From positions 70,020-134,019 of the forward strand of contig MHTK01000002.1 in assembly GCA_001824825.1 (NCBI GenBank): a stretch of DNA of 64,000 nt, read 5' to 3'. The notes under the pieces are model-generated. The model saw only the letters and a list, made by a program, of their open reading frames with translations, had not been told where the DNA came from and made no database searches. How positions within the stretch are numbered: the first letter of the stretch is position 1; the number at the start of each line of letters is the position of its first letter. The translations under genes were made by a program, and so were the position numbers. Source of the stretch: Candidatus Vogelbacteria bacterium RIFOXYD1_FULL_46_19. GTDB lineage: Bacteria > Patescibacteriota > Minisyncoccia > Phycocordibacterales > XYD1-FULL-46-19. Below, piece by piece: positions 45,576-55,660 of this stretch.

Positions 45576-47105
45576 CTAGCGAGCGTACTCTACCACACGG
45601 GAATCACGGATGACCGTGACCTTAATTTCTCCTGGATACTTAAGTTCGCGCTCGATGCGCAAGGTAATGTCATGAGCTAATTTTTTAGCTTCCAAGTCAC
45701 CGAGTTCTTCTGGTCGGACAAAGACTCGAATTTCCCGGCCAGCTTGAATAGCATAGGTTTTTTCAATACCACCAAAGGAATTGGCAATATCCTCTAAATC
45801 TTTTAGGCGTTTAAGATAATTTTCCAAACTGTCGCGTCTAGCGCCTGGCCGCCCGCCCGAGATAGCATCGGCGGTTTGGACGATAATGGATTCAATCGTT
45901 TCGTATGGGTACTCCTCGTGGTGCGATTGCATGGCTTTGATAATCGCTTGGTCCGCCCCAAATTTTTCCAGAATGCGCCGGCCAATTTCTACGTGAGTAC
46001 CGGAAACTTCATGATCCACCGCTTTACCGATATCGTGCAGGAGAGCTCCGGCCTTAGCGACTTGGACGTCAGCTCCCAGTTCTTCGGCGAGCATGCCGGC
46101 AAAGTGGGCCATTTCGATCGAGTGATGCAAAACATTTTGGCCGTAGCTGGTGCGGAAGTGTAGGCGACCTAAGATGAGCAGGATGCGCGGATCCAAATTT
46201 AATACCCCCACTTCATAAGCGGCCTGTTCACCTCGCTCTTTAATGATTTTAGAAATTTCTTCTTTGGCTTTAGCTACAAATTCTTCAATTTTAGCCGGTT
46301 GAATGCGGCCGTCTAAAATCAAGTTTTCCATGGCCGCTTTAGCAATTTGGCGACGGATCGGGTCAAAGGACGAGAGGACAATGGAGCCGGGGGTGTCGTC
46401 GATAATCACTTCCACTCCGGTTTCTTTTTCGAAAGTTCGAATATTGCGACCCTCTTTACCGATAATTTTGCCTTTAACATCGTCGGATGGAATATCGACA
46501 TTGGTCGACATAATGTCAGGAACGCTAGAGTTGGCTAACCTTTGAATGGTGGTAGCTAATATATCGCGCGATTTTTGTTCCAACTTGTCTTCAGCATTCA
46601 TCTCCAATTTATGCATCCGAATGAGCAAATCTTCCTCGTAGTCTTTTTCAACTCGGCTAATCATTTCTTGGTAGGCCTCTTCCTTGGTTAAGCCAGCAAT
46701 GCGAGTTAGCTCTTTCTCTTGTTCATCTTGTTTGGCTTCTGTTTCCTCTTCGGCACGTTTAATGTTTTCGGCTTTGGTGCGTAAGTTTTCGGCTTCTTGG
46801 TCAATATCCGATTGCCGTTTGTCTAAAAGCTCGTCTTTTTTGATCAAGCGATCCTCTAATTTTTTGAGCCCGGCCTCTTTACTTTTTTCTTGTTCCTTGG
46901 CCTCCAATAAGATGTGGGCCGATTCTTTTTCCGCATCTTGCACAATTTGCTGAGCTTTATCCTTGGCCTCCAGCAAAGTTTGCTTGATGGTTAGTTCAAT
47001 TGAACCTTTTTGTCCCAAGGTAACCAGCCAGCGCAGAAAGTAGCCAATGACTACGCCACCGAGACTGGTGGTCCCGGCAATAATTATTACAGTTACTAAG
47101 TTCAT
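45576..47105 (-). CDS. rny: ribonuclease Y
   Basis: N-terminal TM, coiled coil, KH domain (GKIIGKEGRNIR), HD domain (LLHDIGKAVDHE); start at MNLVTVII. Confidence 0.9.
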   Translation of the reverse strand: MNLVTVIIIAGTTSLGGVVIGYFLRWLVTLGQKGSIELTIKQTLLEAKDKAQQIVQDAEKESAHILLEAKEQEKSKEAGLKKLEDRLIKKDELLDKRQSDIDQEAENLRTKAENIKRAEEETEAKQDEQEKELTRIAGLTKEEAYQEMISRVEKDYEEDLLIRMHKLEMNAEDKLEQKSRDILATTIQRLANSSVPDIMSTNVDIPSDDVKGKIIGKEGRNIRTFEKETGVEVIIDDTPGSIVLSSFDPIRRQIAKAAMENLILDGRIQPAKIEEFVAKAKEEISKIIKERGEQAAYEVGVLNLDPRILLILGRLHFRTSYGQNVLHHSIEMAHFAGMLAEELGADVQVAKAGALLHDIGKAVDHEVSGTHVEIGRRILEKFGADQAIIKAMQSHHEEYPYETIESIIVQTADAISGGRPGARRDSLENYLKRLKDLEDIANSFGGIEKTYAIQAGREIRVFVRPEELGDLEAKKLAHDITLRIERELKYPGEIKVTVIRDSRVVEYAR

Positions 47106-47331
47106 AAGCGCGTGGCCTCGTCCGCTTGGCAAGGCTAGCTAAACAGTTTGGCGGTAAGCTACATCCCAAAATTAGCTGGTCGGGGGTCCGGCCAGGTCAT
47201 TAACAATGGGTTTAGAAATAGCAAATGGTCCAGAGTTCGGTCGGTCATAGCAGTCGCAAGCAGAGTAAGCCTTTTACAATTAATAATAAGGTAACCGAAT
47301 CATATCAGGACTTTTCCACTTTGTCGAATCA

Positions 47332-47374
47332 GTTTAAAACCCCCGCCAGAGCCTAGGCTCTGGCGGGGGTTTTG
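47332..47374. terminator. bidirectional terminator downstream of clpP
   Basis: 13-bp stem ccccgccagagcc tagg gctctggcggggg flanked by A-run/T-run. Confidence 0.6.
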
Positions 47375-47386
47375 ATGGAACGGTCT

Positions 47387-47974
47387 CTACTTTTTAGTTT
47401 TAGGCTTAATCACGTTATCAATCAGGCCGTACTTTTTGGCTTCCTCGGCTGACATATAGAAGTCGCGATCAGAATCTTTTTCCACTTGTTGCAGGGGCTG
47501 GCCGGTAAACTTGGCCAACATGCGGTTTAATTGATCTTTGGTTTTTAAGATGTGGCGGGCGGTAATTTCTAAATCAGAGGCTTGACCCTCGGCACCGCCT
47601 AAAGGTTGGTGAATCATTACTTCCGAGTTGGGTAGGGCCAGACGCTTGCCTTTGGTACCAGCGGCGAGCACCAAGGCTCCGCCGGAGGCGGCAATACCGA
47701 CAACAATCGTAGAAACATCCGGTGCTACATGCTCCATGGTGTCGATAATAGCTAGGGTGGAGGTGACGGATCCGCCAGGGGAATTAACATACAACTTAAT
47801 ATCTTTTTTGGGATCTTCTGATTCTAGGAACAATAGCTGAGCAATAACAGTATTGGCCACATTGTCATTAATGGGGCCACCTAAAAAAACGATTCGCTCT
47901 CGCAAGAGGCGCGAGTAAATGTCGTAAGCTCTTTCACCAAATTGAGATTTTTCGATGACGGTTGGGATAAGCAT
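47387..47974 (-). CDS. clpP: ATP-dependent Clp protease proteolytic subunit
   Basis: [51 protein letters not shown]. Confidence 0.9.
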   Translation of the reverse strand: MLIPTVIEKSQFGERAYDIYSRLLRERIVFLGGPINDNVANTVIAQLLFLESEDPKKDIKLYVNSPGGSVTSTLAIIDTMEHVAPDVSTIVVGIAASGGALVLAAGTKGKRLALPNSEVMIHQPLGGAEGQASDLEITARHILKTKDQLNRMLAKFTGQPLQQVEKDSDRDFYMSAEEAKKYGLIDNVIKPKTKK

Positions 47975-48004
47975 AGGTTTATGATGATTATGAAAAATTA
48001 TAAG

Positions 48005-49066
48005 TTATTTAGTCACTGTCGACAATTGGTCACCTGGTTGATCCGGGTCGATAAAGTTCATTACCAAGTTATTTGTTAAAACGTTTTCGACATACGCCCG
48101 GAGACGATCAGGGGAAGTTTGGCCGGCAGTTTCTGGTAGGCGCACCATTAGCTGGTCCATTTCTTTGGCTACTTGTTCAGGCGCCGGCTTTAGTTCATAT
48201 TTCTCGGCCAAGTGGCTCGCGACCAAGCCAAACATGACGCGTTTCTTGGCCTCGTTTTCCCAATCTGACTTTAGATCCGCTTCGGTTTTCTTAAGGTGAC
48301 TTAAGTAGTCGGTGAAAGTGAGACCCATGTGCTCGATTTGTCCGCGCATTTCCGCCAACATTTTTTCCTGTTCTTTTTTAACCAAAACTGGTGGCAGGGG
48401 GACAGCGGCTTGTTCACCCAAGGTTTGAATGATTAGGAGGCGACGCTTGTCTCTAGCTTCGGAAATTTTCTCGGCTAACATATTAGTTTTAAGCTGGCTT
48501 TTAAAATCGTCAACGGACTTGAAATCACCAAGAGTTTTGACAAAGTCATCAGACAGCTCCGGTAAGTCAGGCTTGAGCTCGTCGGCCGAGGCTGGCTTTA
48601 CTCGGCTGCGACGGATATTATCAATCGTTTGGTTTAATTCTTCCTCAGTCACCTCAGTGGGTAGTGGCTGGTCTTTAGCCACTTGCTCGGCTAGAGGTTT
48701 GTGATCGGGCAGATTAAATTCCGGCCGGACGGCGACTTTTAAGGTAAAACCCAAAGGATTGTCTTTAGCGAGTTTGGTGAGGGCAACTTCGGGTGGACCG
48801 ATCGGTTCTAGCTGGTGATTTTTAATGAGTTCCGGGTACAAATCGCTAATAGCTCTTTCGGCCATTTCCGTTAAAATGGCCGGTTCCCCAAGGCGTTCCA
48901 GAGCGATTTTGTCCGGAGTATGGCCGGGACGGAAACCAGCCACGTTCAACTGACTTTTAAAGTCGGCTAACACAGTTGGCCAGTGAGCCATAAAATCAGC
49001 GGTGGCAATTTCCCCGCTTAGTTCCACTTCGGAAGTGTCCAATTTTTTTAACTCAACTTTACCCAT
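48005..49066 (-). CDS. tig: trigger factor (short form)
   Basis: N-terminal ribosome-binding domain with GFRPGHTP signature; 353 aa lacks part of canonical length. Confidence 0.75.
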   Translation of the reverse strand: MGKVELKKLDTSEVELSGEIATADFMAHWPTVLADFKSQLNVAGFRPGHTPDKIALERLGEPAILTEMAERAISDLYPELIKNHQLEPIGPPEVALTKLAKDNPLGFTLKVAVRPEFNLPDHKPLAEQVAKDQPLPTEVTEEELNQTIDNIRRSRVKPASADELKPDLPELSDDFVKTLGDFKSVDDFKSQLKTNMLAEKISEARDKRRLLIIQTLGEQAAVPLPPVLVKKEQEKMLAEMRGQIEHMGLTFTDYLSHLKKTEADLKSDWENEAKKRVMFGLVASHLAEKYELKPAPEQVAKEMDQLMVRLPETAGQTSPDRLRAYVENVLTNNLVMNFIDPDQPGDQLSTVTK

Positions 49067-49153
49067 ATGAAGAGGTTAGTTTAGCTTAATTATAATTTTT
49101 TGCAATCAGCCTAAATTAACCGGTGGATGACCCGAGATAGGTAAAATAACTAG

Positions 49154-49507
49154 TTACTCCAAGTTTGTCTCGAGTAAGTCTAGTTCACCTTCCAGAGAGG
49201 AAAAGTTGGCGGCTTCCAGATCTTCTTCAATATCATCTAAGTTGGTTGAGGTGCCGGTAGTCATCCAGGTTGGTTCAGTAACCATCGTGGCGGCTGATTC
49301 TGAATTATCAGCTTCAAGTGGAAGAGGGACGGTGATATCTGTGTTTTCGTTTTGCCAGCTCCGGCTCTTTTGATACTGCTGGTAAAAAACGGCGATGGCT
49401 CCTAGGACTAGTACTATTATTATTATTACAGTTCCAATGAGAGGGCCGGTGGAACCACCAGCAGGGGTTGGATTAGTGAGGGTATCTTCCGGGTTATTAT
49501 AATCCAT
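49154..49507 (-). CDS. hypothetical single-pass membrane protein
   Basis: 117 aa, TM GTVIIIIVLVLGAIAVFY, acidic C-terminus. Confidence 0.45.
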   Translation of the reverse strand: MDYNNPEDTLTNPTPAGGSTGPLIGTVIIIIVLVLGAIAVFYQQYQKSRSWQNENTDITVPLPLEADNSESAATMVTEPTWMTTGTSTNLDDIEEDLEAANFSSLEGELDLLETNLE

Positions 49508-49512
49508 AACCT

Positions 49513-50100
49513 TTACTCGTTACTTAGAGTTTTGGCGGTCTCAATCGCCTCGGCCAAGAGGTCGCGGACTTGGCCTAATTTAACCACCGCTTCTTCGATC
49601 ATCATTTTAATGTCACGAATAGTTTGACCGGGATCAGTGGAGGTGAAAACGGCAGTGGTGCTGGCTCTAGCAACAGCGATAGTAGTACTGGCTTGATCCA
49701 GGAGTAGACCAGCTTCGTTGGCTTGATTTTGAACTTTGGTAGTATCTTTACCATTAGTCGAGAGTTCGGCTAAGCTCGAATCTAAGCGATTTAAAATACC
49801 GCTTAAGTATTCTGAGTAACGTTCGGTATTGGTGAGGACTCGGTCGTACGAAGCTAAAATGGTTTTCTGACGGAGACTCAAGATTCTTTCTTCTAAACTT
49901 TTAATTTTGTCTTGAATCGAATCAGAAGAAGCAGAATCGACAACGGTCGATCCAGTGGTTTGTTGTTTTAGAAACGATTCACGGTGAGCTCGAGCTCGGT
50001 CTTGGATGGTGGCATAGTCGGTACTTTGGGCTAAAGTGGTGGCTGGAAGTATCAAACTCAAAGATCCTAGTGTTAAGCTGATAACGGCTAAAAATTTCAT
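49513..50100 (-). CDS. hypothetical secreted protein
   Basis: 195 aa with signal peptide, coiled-coil-like. Confidence 0.45.
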   Translation of the reverse strand: MKFLAVISLTLGSLSLILPATTLAQSTDYATIQDRARAHRESFLKQQTTGSTVVDSASSDSIQDKIKSLEERILSLRQKTILASYDRVLTNTERYSEYLSGILNRLDSSLAELSTNGKDTTKVQNQANEAGLLLDQASTTIAVARASTTAVFTSTDPGQTIRDIKMMIEEAVVKLGQVRDLLAEAIETAKTLSNE

Positions 50101-50235
50101 GTTTTTGATTATTTAAGGACTAAAGTCGGCTTAAACCCGCCAAAAAAGCGAGGTTGCCAATAGGATCACTATAGCATTTTAAATAGGCAAATTCCACCAC
50201 TTTATCCAGCCTCAGGCTAGAGCTTAAAGTGAGGC

Positions 50236-50769
50236 TTACTCAGCTTTGACTTGGAACTTATCGTGGTAGAGCACAAAAGATCGTTCGATATCCCGCTTAG
50301 CTTCACTGGCATTGCGCCAGTCGGCCACTATTACTTCCTTTTTTTGCAGATCTTTGTAGACTTTGAAGAAGTGTTTAATTTCTTCTAGAGTGTGGGTGTC
50401 GAGATCGGTAATATCTTTAACGTAATTGTAACGGGGGTCTTTGATGGGTACTGATAGAACTTTAGCGTCGGAGTCGCCATCATCAGTCATTTCCATCACA
50501 CCGATGGGTCGGGCTTTGACGAGGCAGCCCGGCACAAAAGGTTCGTGCGACATCACGAGGACATCCAAGGGATCACCATCAGGCCATAAGGTTTGAGGGA
50601 CGAAACCGTAGTTGGTCGGGTAGTGCATTGGCGAGTACAGGACGCGGTCGACGTGAATCAGGCCGGTGTCTTTATCCAGTTCATATTTAATGCGAGATAG
50701 CTTAGGAATTTCGATGATTACGTTTAACTCGTCTGGGGTACCGGCGGGAACATCATGCCAAAGGTTCAT
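50236..50769 (-). CDS. ppa: inorganic pyrophosphatase
   Basis: IEIPKLSRIKYELDKDTG, DGDPLDVLV family-I PPase motifs; start at MNLWHDVPAG. Confidence 0.9.
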   Translation of the reverse strand: MNLWHDVPAGTPDELNVIIEIPKLSRIKYELDKDTGLIHVDRVLYSPMHYPTNYGFVPQTLWPDGDPLDVLVMSHEPFVPGCLVKARPIGVMEMTDDGDSDAKVLSVPIKDPRYNYVKDITDLDTHTLEEIKHFFKVYKDLQKKEVIVADWRNASEAKRDIERSFVLYHDKFQVKAE

Positions 50770-50806
50770 AAATAATATAAGAGTTAAGTTTAATAAAGGT
50801 TGGTGT

Positions 50807-51985
50807 TTAACTGGTTTCGGTTTCAGGTGGGGCATCAGCTATCTCTGACTCAGCACTGGCTTCTGGTTCTAGTTTGACTGCTAAGTCTTCCGGAATCTCG
50901 GGGGTGGTAATATTTATTTTCCAGCCGGTAAGCTTGGCGGCTAAGCGGACGTTTTGACCGCCTTTGCCGACCGCGAGAGAAAATTGATCAGCACTCACAT
51001 CCACAGTCGCTTGATGCTCGTCTTCATTTAGGGTCACATCATTAACTTTGGCCGGTGATAGGGAGTTGGTAATAAACATAGACATATTATCCGACCACTC
51101 GATAATATCGATTTTTTCTCCGCCCAGTTCGGCGATCACGGTGTTCACCCGAGAACCGCGCTGGCCCACCATCGAGCCAACCGGATCAATACTATTATCA
51201 TGAGAGGTGACGGCAATTTTGGTGCGAGAGCCGGCTTCACGGGCGACCGCTTTTATTTCCACGGCGCCACTGCCGATTTCCGGTGCTTCCATGGCAAACA
51301 ATTGCTCGACAAATTTAGGGTGCGAGCGGGAGAGTTTCAGAGCAATCCCCCGTGGGGTGTCTTCTACCAAGTAAAGATAAGCCCGAATACGCTCGCCTTG
51401 ACGGTAAAATTCCCCGGGGATTTGTTCCTCGTAGGGGAGGATAGCGGTGGTGCGGCCCAGGTCCACAAACACATTACCACGTTCGATTTTTTGTACTTTA
51501 CCACTGGCAATCTCGCCTTCCTTTTCGGCGTATTCATCCAAAATAGAAACCTTTTCGGCTTCACGGATGCGCTGGATAATCACTTGCTTGGCCGTTTGGG
51601 CGGCGATGCGGCCGTAGTCGTCTTTGGTTTCCAAGGGGAAAATCAGTTCTTCACTCACTTGGATATCTTTTTTAATTTTTTTGGCATCATCAATCAAAAT
51701 GTGATGTTCCTCATTAAAGAGAGGACGTTCGTCTGCATCGTCACGAGGCTCCTCTTCATCGAAGCGAACGGTGGTGCCGTCGACGGCAATTTTAACCTGG
51801 TTAAATTCAATGGCGCCGGTGTTTAGATCAAAGTTGGCCCGCACAATTTGCCCTTTCTTACCATAGTCTTTTTTATAAGCGGCCACTAAAGCATCGTTAA
51901 TAGCTTCGGTGATTTTTTCCCGGGGAATGTGACGCTCTTCTTCCAGTTCGCTCAGGGCCGCGTTTAAAGCTTTTAAGTCAATCAT
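50807..51985 (-). CDS. nusA: transcription termination/antitermination factor NusA
   Basis: N-terminal domain, S1 and tandem KH domains; acidic C-terminal tail. Confidence 0.9.
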   Translation of the reverse strand: MIDLKALNAALSELEEERHIPREKITEAINDALVAAYKKDYGKKGQIVRANFDLNTGAIEFNQVKIAVDGTTVRFDEEEPRDDADERPLFNEEHHILIDDAKKIKKDIQVSEELIFPLETKDDYGRIAAQTAKQVIIQRIREAEKVSILDEYAEKEGEIASGKVQKIERGNVFVDLGRTTAILPYEEQIPGEFYRQGERIRAYLYLVEDTPRGIALKLSRSHPKFVEQLFAMEAPEIGSGAVEIKAVAREAGSRTKIAVTSHDNSIDPVGSMVGQRGSRVNTVIAELGGEKIDIIEWSDNMSMFITNSLSPAKVNDVTLNEDEHQATVDVSADQFSLAVGKGGQNVRLAAKLTGWKINITTPEIPEDLAVKLEPEASAESEIADAPPETETS

Positions 51986-52332
51986 AAGGATTAAGTATTT
52001 AGTGTATTGTATTTTGTATGGAGACTATGAAGTCAAGATACAAAATCACTGATAATTTTAATAAAAAACCCGCTCTTCCTGGTCAGAATAGCGGACTAAC
52101 ATTCGTATATTAATGATACCAAACCATGAGTAGGGTGTCAATTTATTTTTAGAAAAACCTAATTTTAGGGTACGGATTTTTTGAAGCTTAAAAAATCCTG
52201 AAACGTTCGGTTCGACAACCTCACGACCCCCTAAAATAGGTTTTTCTATGATTTTAGTATCAATCCCCCACGAGGCTTAGCCTCGTGGGGGATTGTGGTT
52301 CTAGATAAGGATATTTTTGATAGGTAAAAATC

Positions 52333-52361
52333 TTGACGAAAATTAGATAAAAGTGTATAAT
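52333..52361 (+). promoter_or_regulatory. consensus sigma70-type promoter for ORF 52424..53023
   Basis: -35 ttgacg (52333-52338), 17-nt spacer, -10 tataat (52356-52361); purine-rich RBS aagaaggag before ATG 52424. Confidence 0.55.
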
Positions 52362-52423
52362 TAAATAAGATAAGGTGGTGGCTTTGCATAAGGCAAGGTC
52401 AAAAAAAAGAAGGAGAAGTTGTC

Positions 52424-53023
52424 ATGGCTAACGTCGTTGGCGACGAAGTGTTGGGCAAGATTGCTCGGCAGCAGCATGATTGGTTTCGACGGGTGAAAGA
52501 AGGATCATTGGATCCTGCCGAGGTTTTGCTGGTCCATCAGATTATCCAAGACTTTGGGGACGGTAAAATACCGAACTTACTGGGACTAAGGAGAGGAACT
52601 CATGAACTTCGGCCAGTCAAATATGTTATCGACTGCGACGCCGACCCCTTCCTGCCTGACGGCTGGAAAGTGGAAGATCACCAGCAGGGCGGTATCCTTA
52701 AATGGACGGAGTCGCTCATCGCTCTCTATCTCGACCAGAGACAGCAGAGCGGCCGGTGCATCGGTCACGACCTGCGCCGGGCGCTCAGGAATCAGAAGGT
52801 TCTGAACGCCAACGTGTTAGACTTCCTCTTACAGCACCCCGAGCTCATCCCTGAAGAGTGGAAGGGCAAAGAAGTTTTCTTCTGGGGCACCATCTACCTC
52901 ATTTCTGACGACAATCTCTGCGTCCGTTCTTTGTCCTGGCACGGCGATGAGTGGCGCTGGAGCCACTTCTGGCCCGACTTCATCTGGCCCAACAACTACC
53001 TTGCCGCGGTGCGCGCAAGTTAG
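52424..53023 (+). CDS. hypothetical protein, GC-rich orphan gene
   Basis: 199-aa ORF, Trp-rich C-terminus, no motif recognised; GC visibly higher than neighbours. Confidence 0.5.
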   Translation: MANVVGDEVLGKIARQQHDWFRRVKEGSLDPAEVLLVHQIIQDFGDGKIPNLLGLRRGTHELRPVKYVIDCDADPFLPDGWKVEDHQQGGILKWTESLIALYLDQRQQSGRCIGHDLRRALRNQKVLNANVLDFLLQHPELIPEEWKGKEVFFWGTIYLISDDNLCVRSLSWHGDEWRWSHFWPDFIWPNNYLAAVRAS

Positions 53024-53198
53024 CCCTTTGGGATTGGTTTCTGTGTTCTAAACTTAACTTAGGTACCCTGACCTTAGTTCTTGAGCCCCGTGCTTTTCTG
53101 TGTAAACACAGATTAGCGGCGGGGCTCTTTTTGTTTGGTTAAGATACCAACAGTTGGGGGGCGGTAAAAAATTGATCTGATGGTATAATTTTAAAAAC

Positions 53199-54842
53199 AT
53201 GAGTTCTTCTATCTTGCTTAATTTTTTAGTGACCAGTCGTTTGTTGTCACCAGCGGAAGCCGACAGTGTGGCCGCGGAAGCGGAGGAGCACGGCTTGTCG
53301 GCTTCGGAGCTACTCCTGGCTCGGGGACTTTTTACCGGTGATGAGTTGCGCCGCTTGGAAGCGCGGCTCTCGGGGGTACCTTTTATTTCCGCTTGGGATG
53401 AGCCGGTACCGTTTGAAGTGTTGGCCCGGATTCCGGAGCCGGTGGCCCGCAATCACAATGTGATTGCGGTGCGGGAAAATGACGGTGCCTTGGAAGTAAT
53501 TGGGCTAGATATGAGTGCTTTTCCGGCGGTAGAAAAGTTGGTAGGTGAACACAAGTTGCGACTCTTACCACGCTTGGGGAGCGAGCCGGTGGTACGCAAG
53601 CTTTTGAAGACTTATCAGAAAGATTTGTTTGACCGCTACGGCCAGACCCTACGACACTTGACGGAGACTGGGCCGGAGGATGGTTTGACCGAGCAGCACT
53701 TAAACAATGTTTTGGAAGTTTTATTTAACCAAGCCGCCACCGCCAGAGCCAGACGCATTCATTTTGATATTACCCCACAGGAAACTTTGGTCCGTTATCG
53801 GATCGGTTCGCGACTGTATAATGCCCTCGCTTTAAACAGTAGTGCCGGCGAACTTTTAACGACTTTGAAAGCAGAATCGGTGCCGGCGACTGCTGCTTAC
53901 TCTTTGGCCGGGTTACACACGGCAGATTTGGGTACTAAAATGATTTTCACGGCTAAAAATCAAATGACTGATTTGTCCCTGCCGGCGCTCGGTTTATGGG
54001 GGCAAGGTCTGGATGATTTGGAGGCGGCCCTAGAGCGGCGCGGTATAATTTTTATTGGTTCGGAAGCCCTTAGCAGTCGGAAAAATTTGTTTTACGCTAT
54101 CGCTGCTACTTTATCCAAAGCTGGCCGGGCGGTGGCGATGGTGGAAGCTGACAGGGAGCGTTACCTACCTCATGTTCATCAAGTGATAACAACCAATCTC
54201 TCGACTACGGCCACGACTGACTTGATGCGCCAAGTTTTAAAACAAGATGTGGATGTTTTAATAATTGACCGGTTGCTCGCGGTAGAGACAGCCGCTTTGG
54301 CTACTGCCGCGGCGGCGCGCGGAGTGACGGTGGTGGTTGGACTGGAAGCCAAAACCACGGTGGATGTTATCACGACGGCTCGCATCTTGGTGGGTGATGA
54401 TTATATTTTAGCGATTAATGCCTCACTGTTTGGCTTGGTGGAGCCGGTACGAGCCCTGGGTTCCGATAGCCGGCCGGCCAATTTAAGTGAGGACGAGCTG
54501 AAAGATTTGAAAGGTTTTGTAAATTTACCGAACATAGCTCAAGCCCTAGCCGATGGAGCTCCGCTAGTGGGGGCGGTTGCGAGCCTTGCCAACTCAAATT
54601 GGCGTACGAGGAGCCAAGGAGCCTCTGAGCCACTTTTAAATAAAAAAAGGTTGCTGACGGAAATTTTACCGGTGACGGCGGTGATGGAGCATCAGCTTAA
54701 AGATGGTAAAACCACCGCTGAAATTTATAAGGAAGCGCGCCAGACAGGGGTTTTATCCCTCGGGGAAGACGCGCTGACCCAAGCGGCTCAAGGGTTGGTG
54801 GATTTAAATGAGGCGATAGCGGTGGTGAGACGAGCGGTGTAA
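53199..54842 (+). CDS. PilB/GspE-like protein with GspE-N domain and degenerate ATPase motifs (probable pseudo-ATPase)
   Basis: N-terminal GspE_N-like domain; N2-like ARRIHFDITPQETLVRYRIGSRL; Walker A position reads GSEALSSRKN instead of GPTGSGKST, Asp box VEADRE, His box absent; PilB-like C-terminus GVLSLGEDALTQAAQGLVDLNEAIAV. Confidence 0.6.
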   Translation: MSSSILLNFLVTSRLLSPAEADSVAAEAEEHGLSASELLLARGLFTGDELRRLEARLSGVPFISAWDEPVPFEVLARIPEPVARNHNVIAVRENDGALEVIGLDMSAFPAVEKLVGEHKLRLLPRLGSEPVVRKLLKTYQKDLFDRYGQTLRHLTETGPEDGLTEQHLNNVLEVLFNQAATARARRIHFDITPQETLVRYRIGSRLYNALALNSSAGELLTTLKAESVPATAAYSLAGLHTADLGTKMIFTAKNQMTDLSLPALGLWGQGLDDLEAALERRGIIFIGSEALSSRKNLFYAIAATLSKAGRAVAMVEADRERYLPHVHQVITTNLSTTATTDLMRQVLKQDVDVLIIDRLLAVETAALATAAAARGVTVVVGLEAKTTVDVITTARILVGDDYILAINASLFGLVEPVRALGSDSRPANLSEDELKDLKGFVNLPNIAQALADGAPLVGAVASLANSNWRTRSQGASEPLLNKKRLLTEILPVTAVMEHQLKDGKTTAEIYKEARQTGVLSLGEDALTQAAQGLVDLNEAIAVVRRAV

Positions 54843-54856
54843 AGCCTTATGCTATA

Positions 54857-55657
54857 ATGACGGGTATGAAAGATAAACTGATTGTTTTTAACTGGAAAAT
54901 GAACCCGGCGGAAGCTAAGGAGGCTCGCTGGTTGGGGGCCAAGGTTAAAACTATCAGTAGCCGACTAAAAAAGGTGCAGACGGTGATGGTGCCACCGGCG
55001 GTTTTTTTACCTCTCCTCACATCGACCAAGCCGAGCCGGCGGTGGTCCCTCTCGGCTCAAGATATCTCGCTCGAAAAAGAGACGGGGGCTTTTACTGGTG
55101 AAATTTCGGCGACCCAGGTGGCTTCGGTGGGAGCCAAGTATGTAATAGTCGGCCACTCGGAACGTCGAGGGAGGGGAGACACTGACGATGTGGTGCGCGG
55201 GAAGCTCATGGCCGGCCTCATGGCCGGCCTTAGTGTTATTCTATGTGTGGGCGAAAAAGCCAGGGACGCGCACGGTGCTTATTTAGATTTTTTGCGAGCT
55301 CAACTGATTTCCGCAACCAAAGCTTGTCGCCGGGCTGATTTTAAAAATCTAATCATTGCCTATGAGCCGGTCTGGGCGGTGGGTGACCAAGCAGCCGGGG
55401 CGGATACACCGGATAATTTTTTCCATAACGCTCTGTTTATCCGGAAGGTCATTAGTGGGCTGGCCGGACAAGAGACAGCCCTTTCTATCCCGATTTTATA
55501 CGGTGGGTCGGTTAATTCAGCTAATGCGGTCGAGTTTTTAGCCGCTGGTCGGGCCGATGGTTTACTGATCGGACGAGCCTCGCTCGTGCCGGAGGAGGTG
55601 AAGGCGATATTGCTCTTGGCCGATCAGGTGAAGGTAAAAGTAAAAGTTAAAAAATAA
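54857..55657 (+). CDS. tpiA: triosephosphate isomerase
   Basis: LIVFNWKMN, VIVGHSERR, AYEPVWAVG, GGSV motifs; ends with VKVKVKVKK tail; alternative start 54866. Confidence 0.85.
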   Translation: MTGMKDKLIVFNWKMNPAEAKEARWLGAKVKTISSRLKKVQTVMVPPAVFLPLLTSTKPSRRWSLSAQDISLEKETGAFTGEISATQVASVGAKYVIVGHSERRGRGDTDDVVRGKLMAGLMAGLSVILCVGEKARDAHGAYLDFLRAQLISATKACRRADFKNLIIAYEPVWAVGDQAAGADTPDNFFHNALFIRKVISGLAGQETALSIPILYGGSVNSANAVEFLAAGRADGLLIGRASLVPEEVKAILLLADQVKVKVKVKK

Positions 55658-55660
55658 GTT

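Noticed and set aside
55621-55657. VKVKVKVKK tail of TpiA encoded by gtgaaggtaaaagtaaaagttaaaaaa
   Set aside because: Short low-complexity C-terminal extension, probably linker or expansion of a simple repeat; no evidence of separate function.
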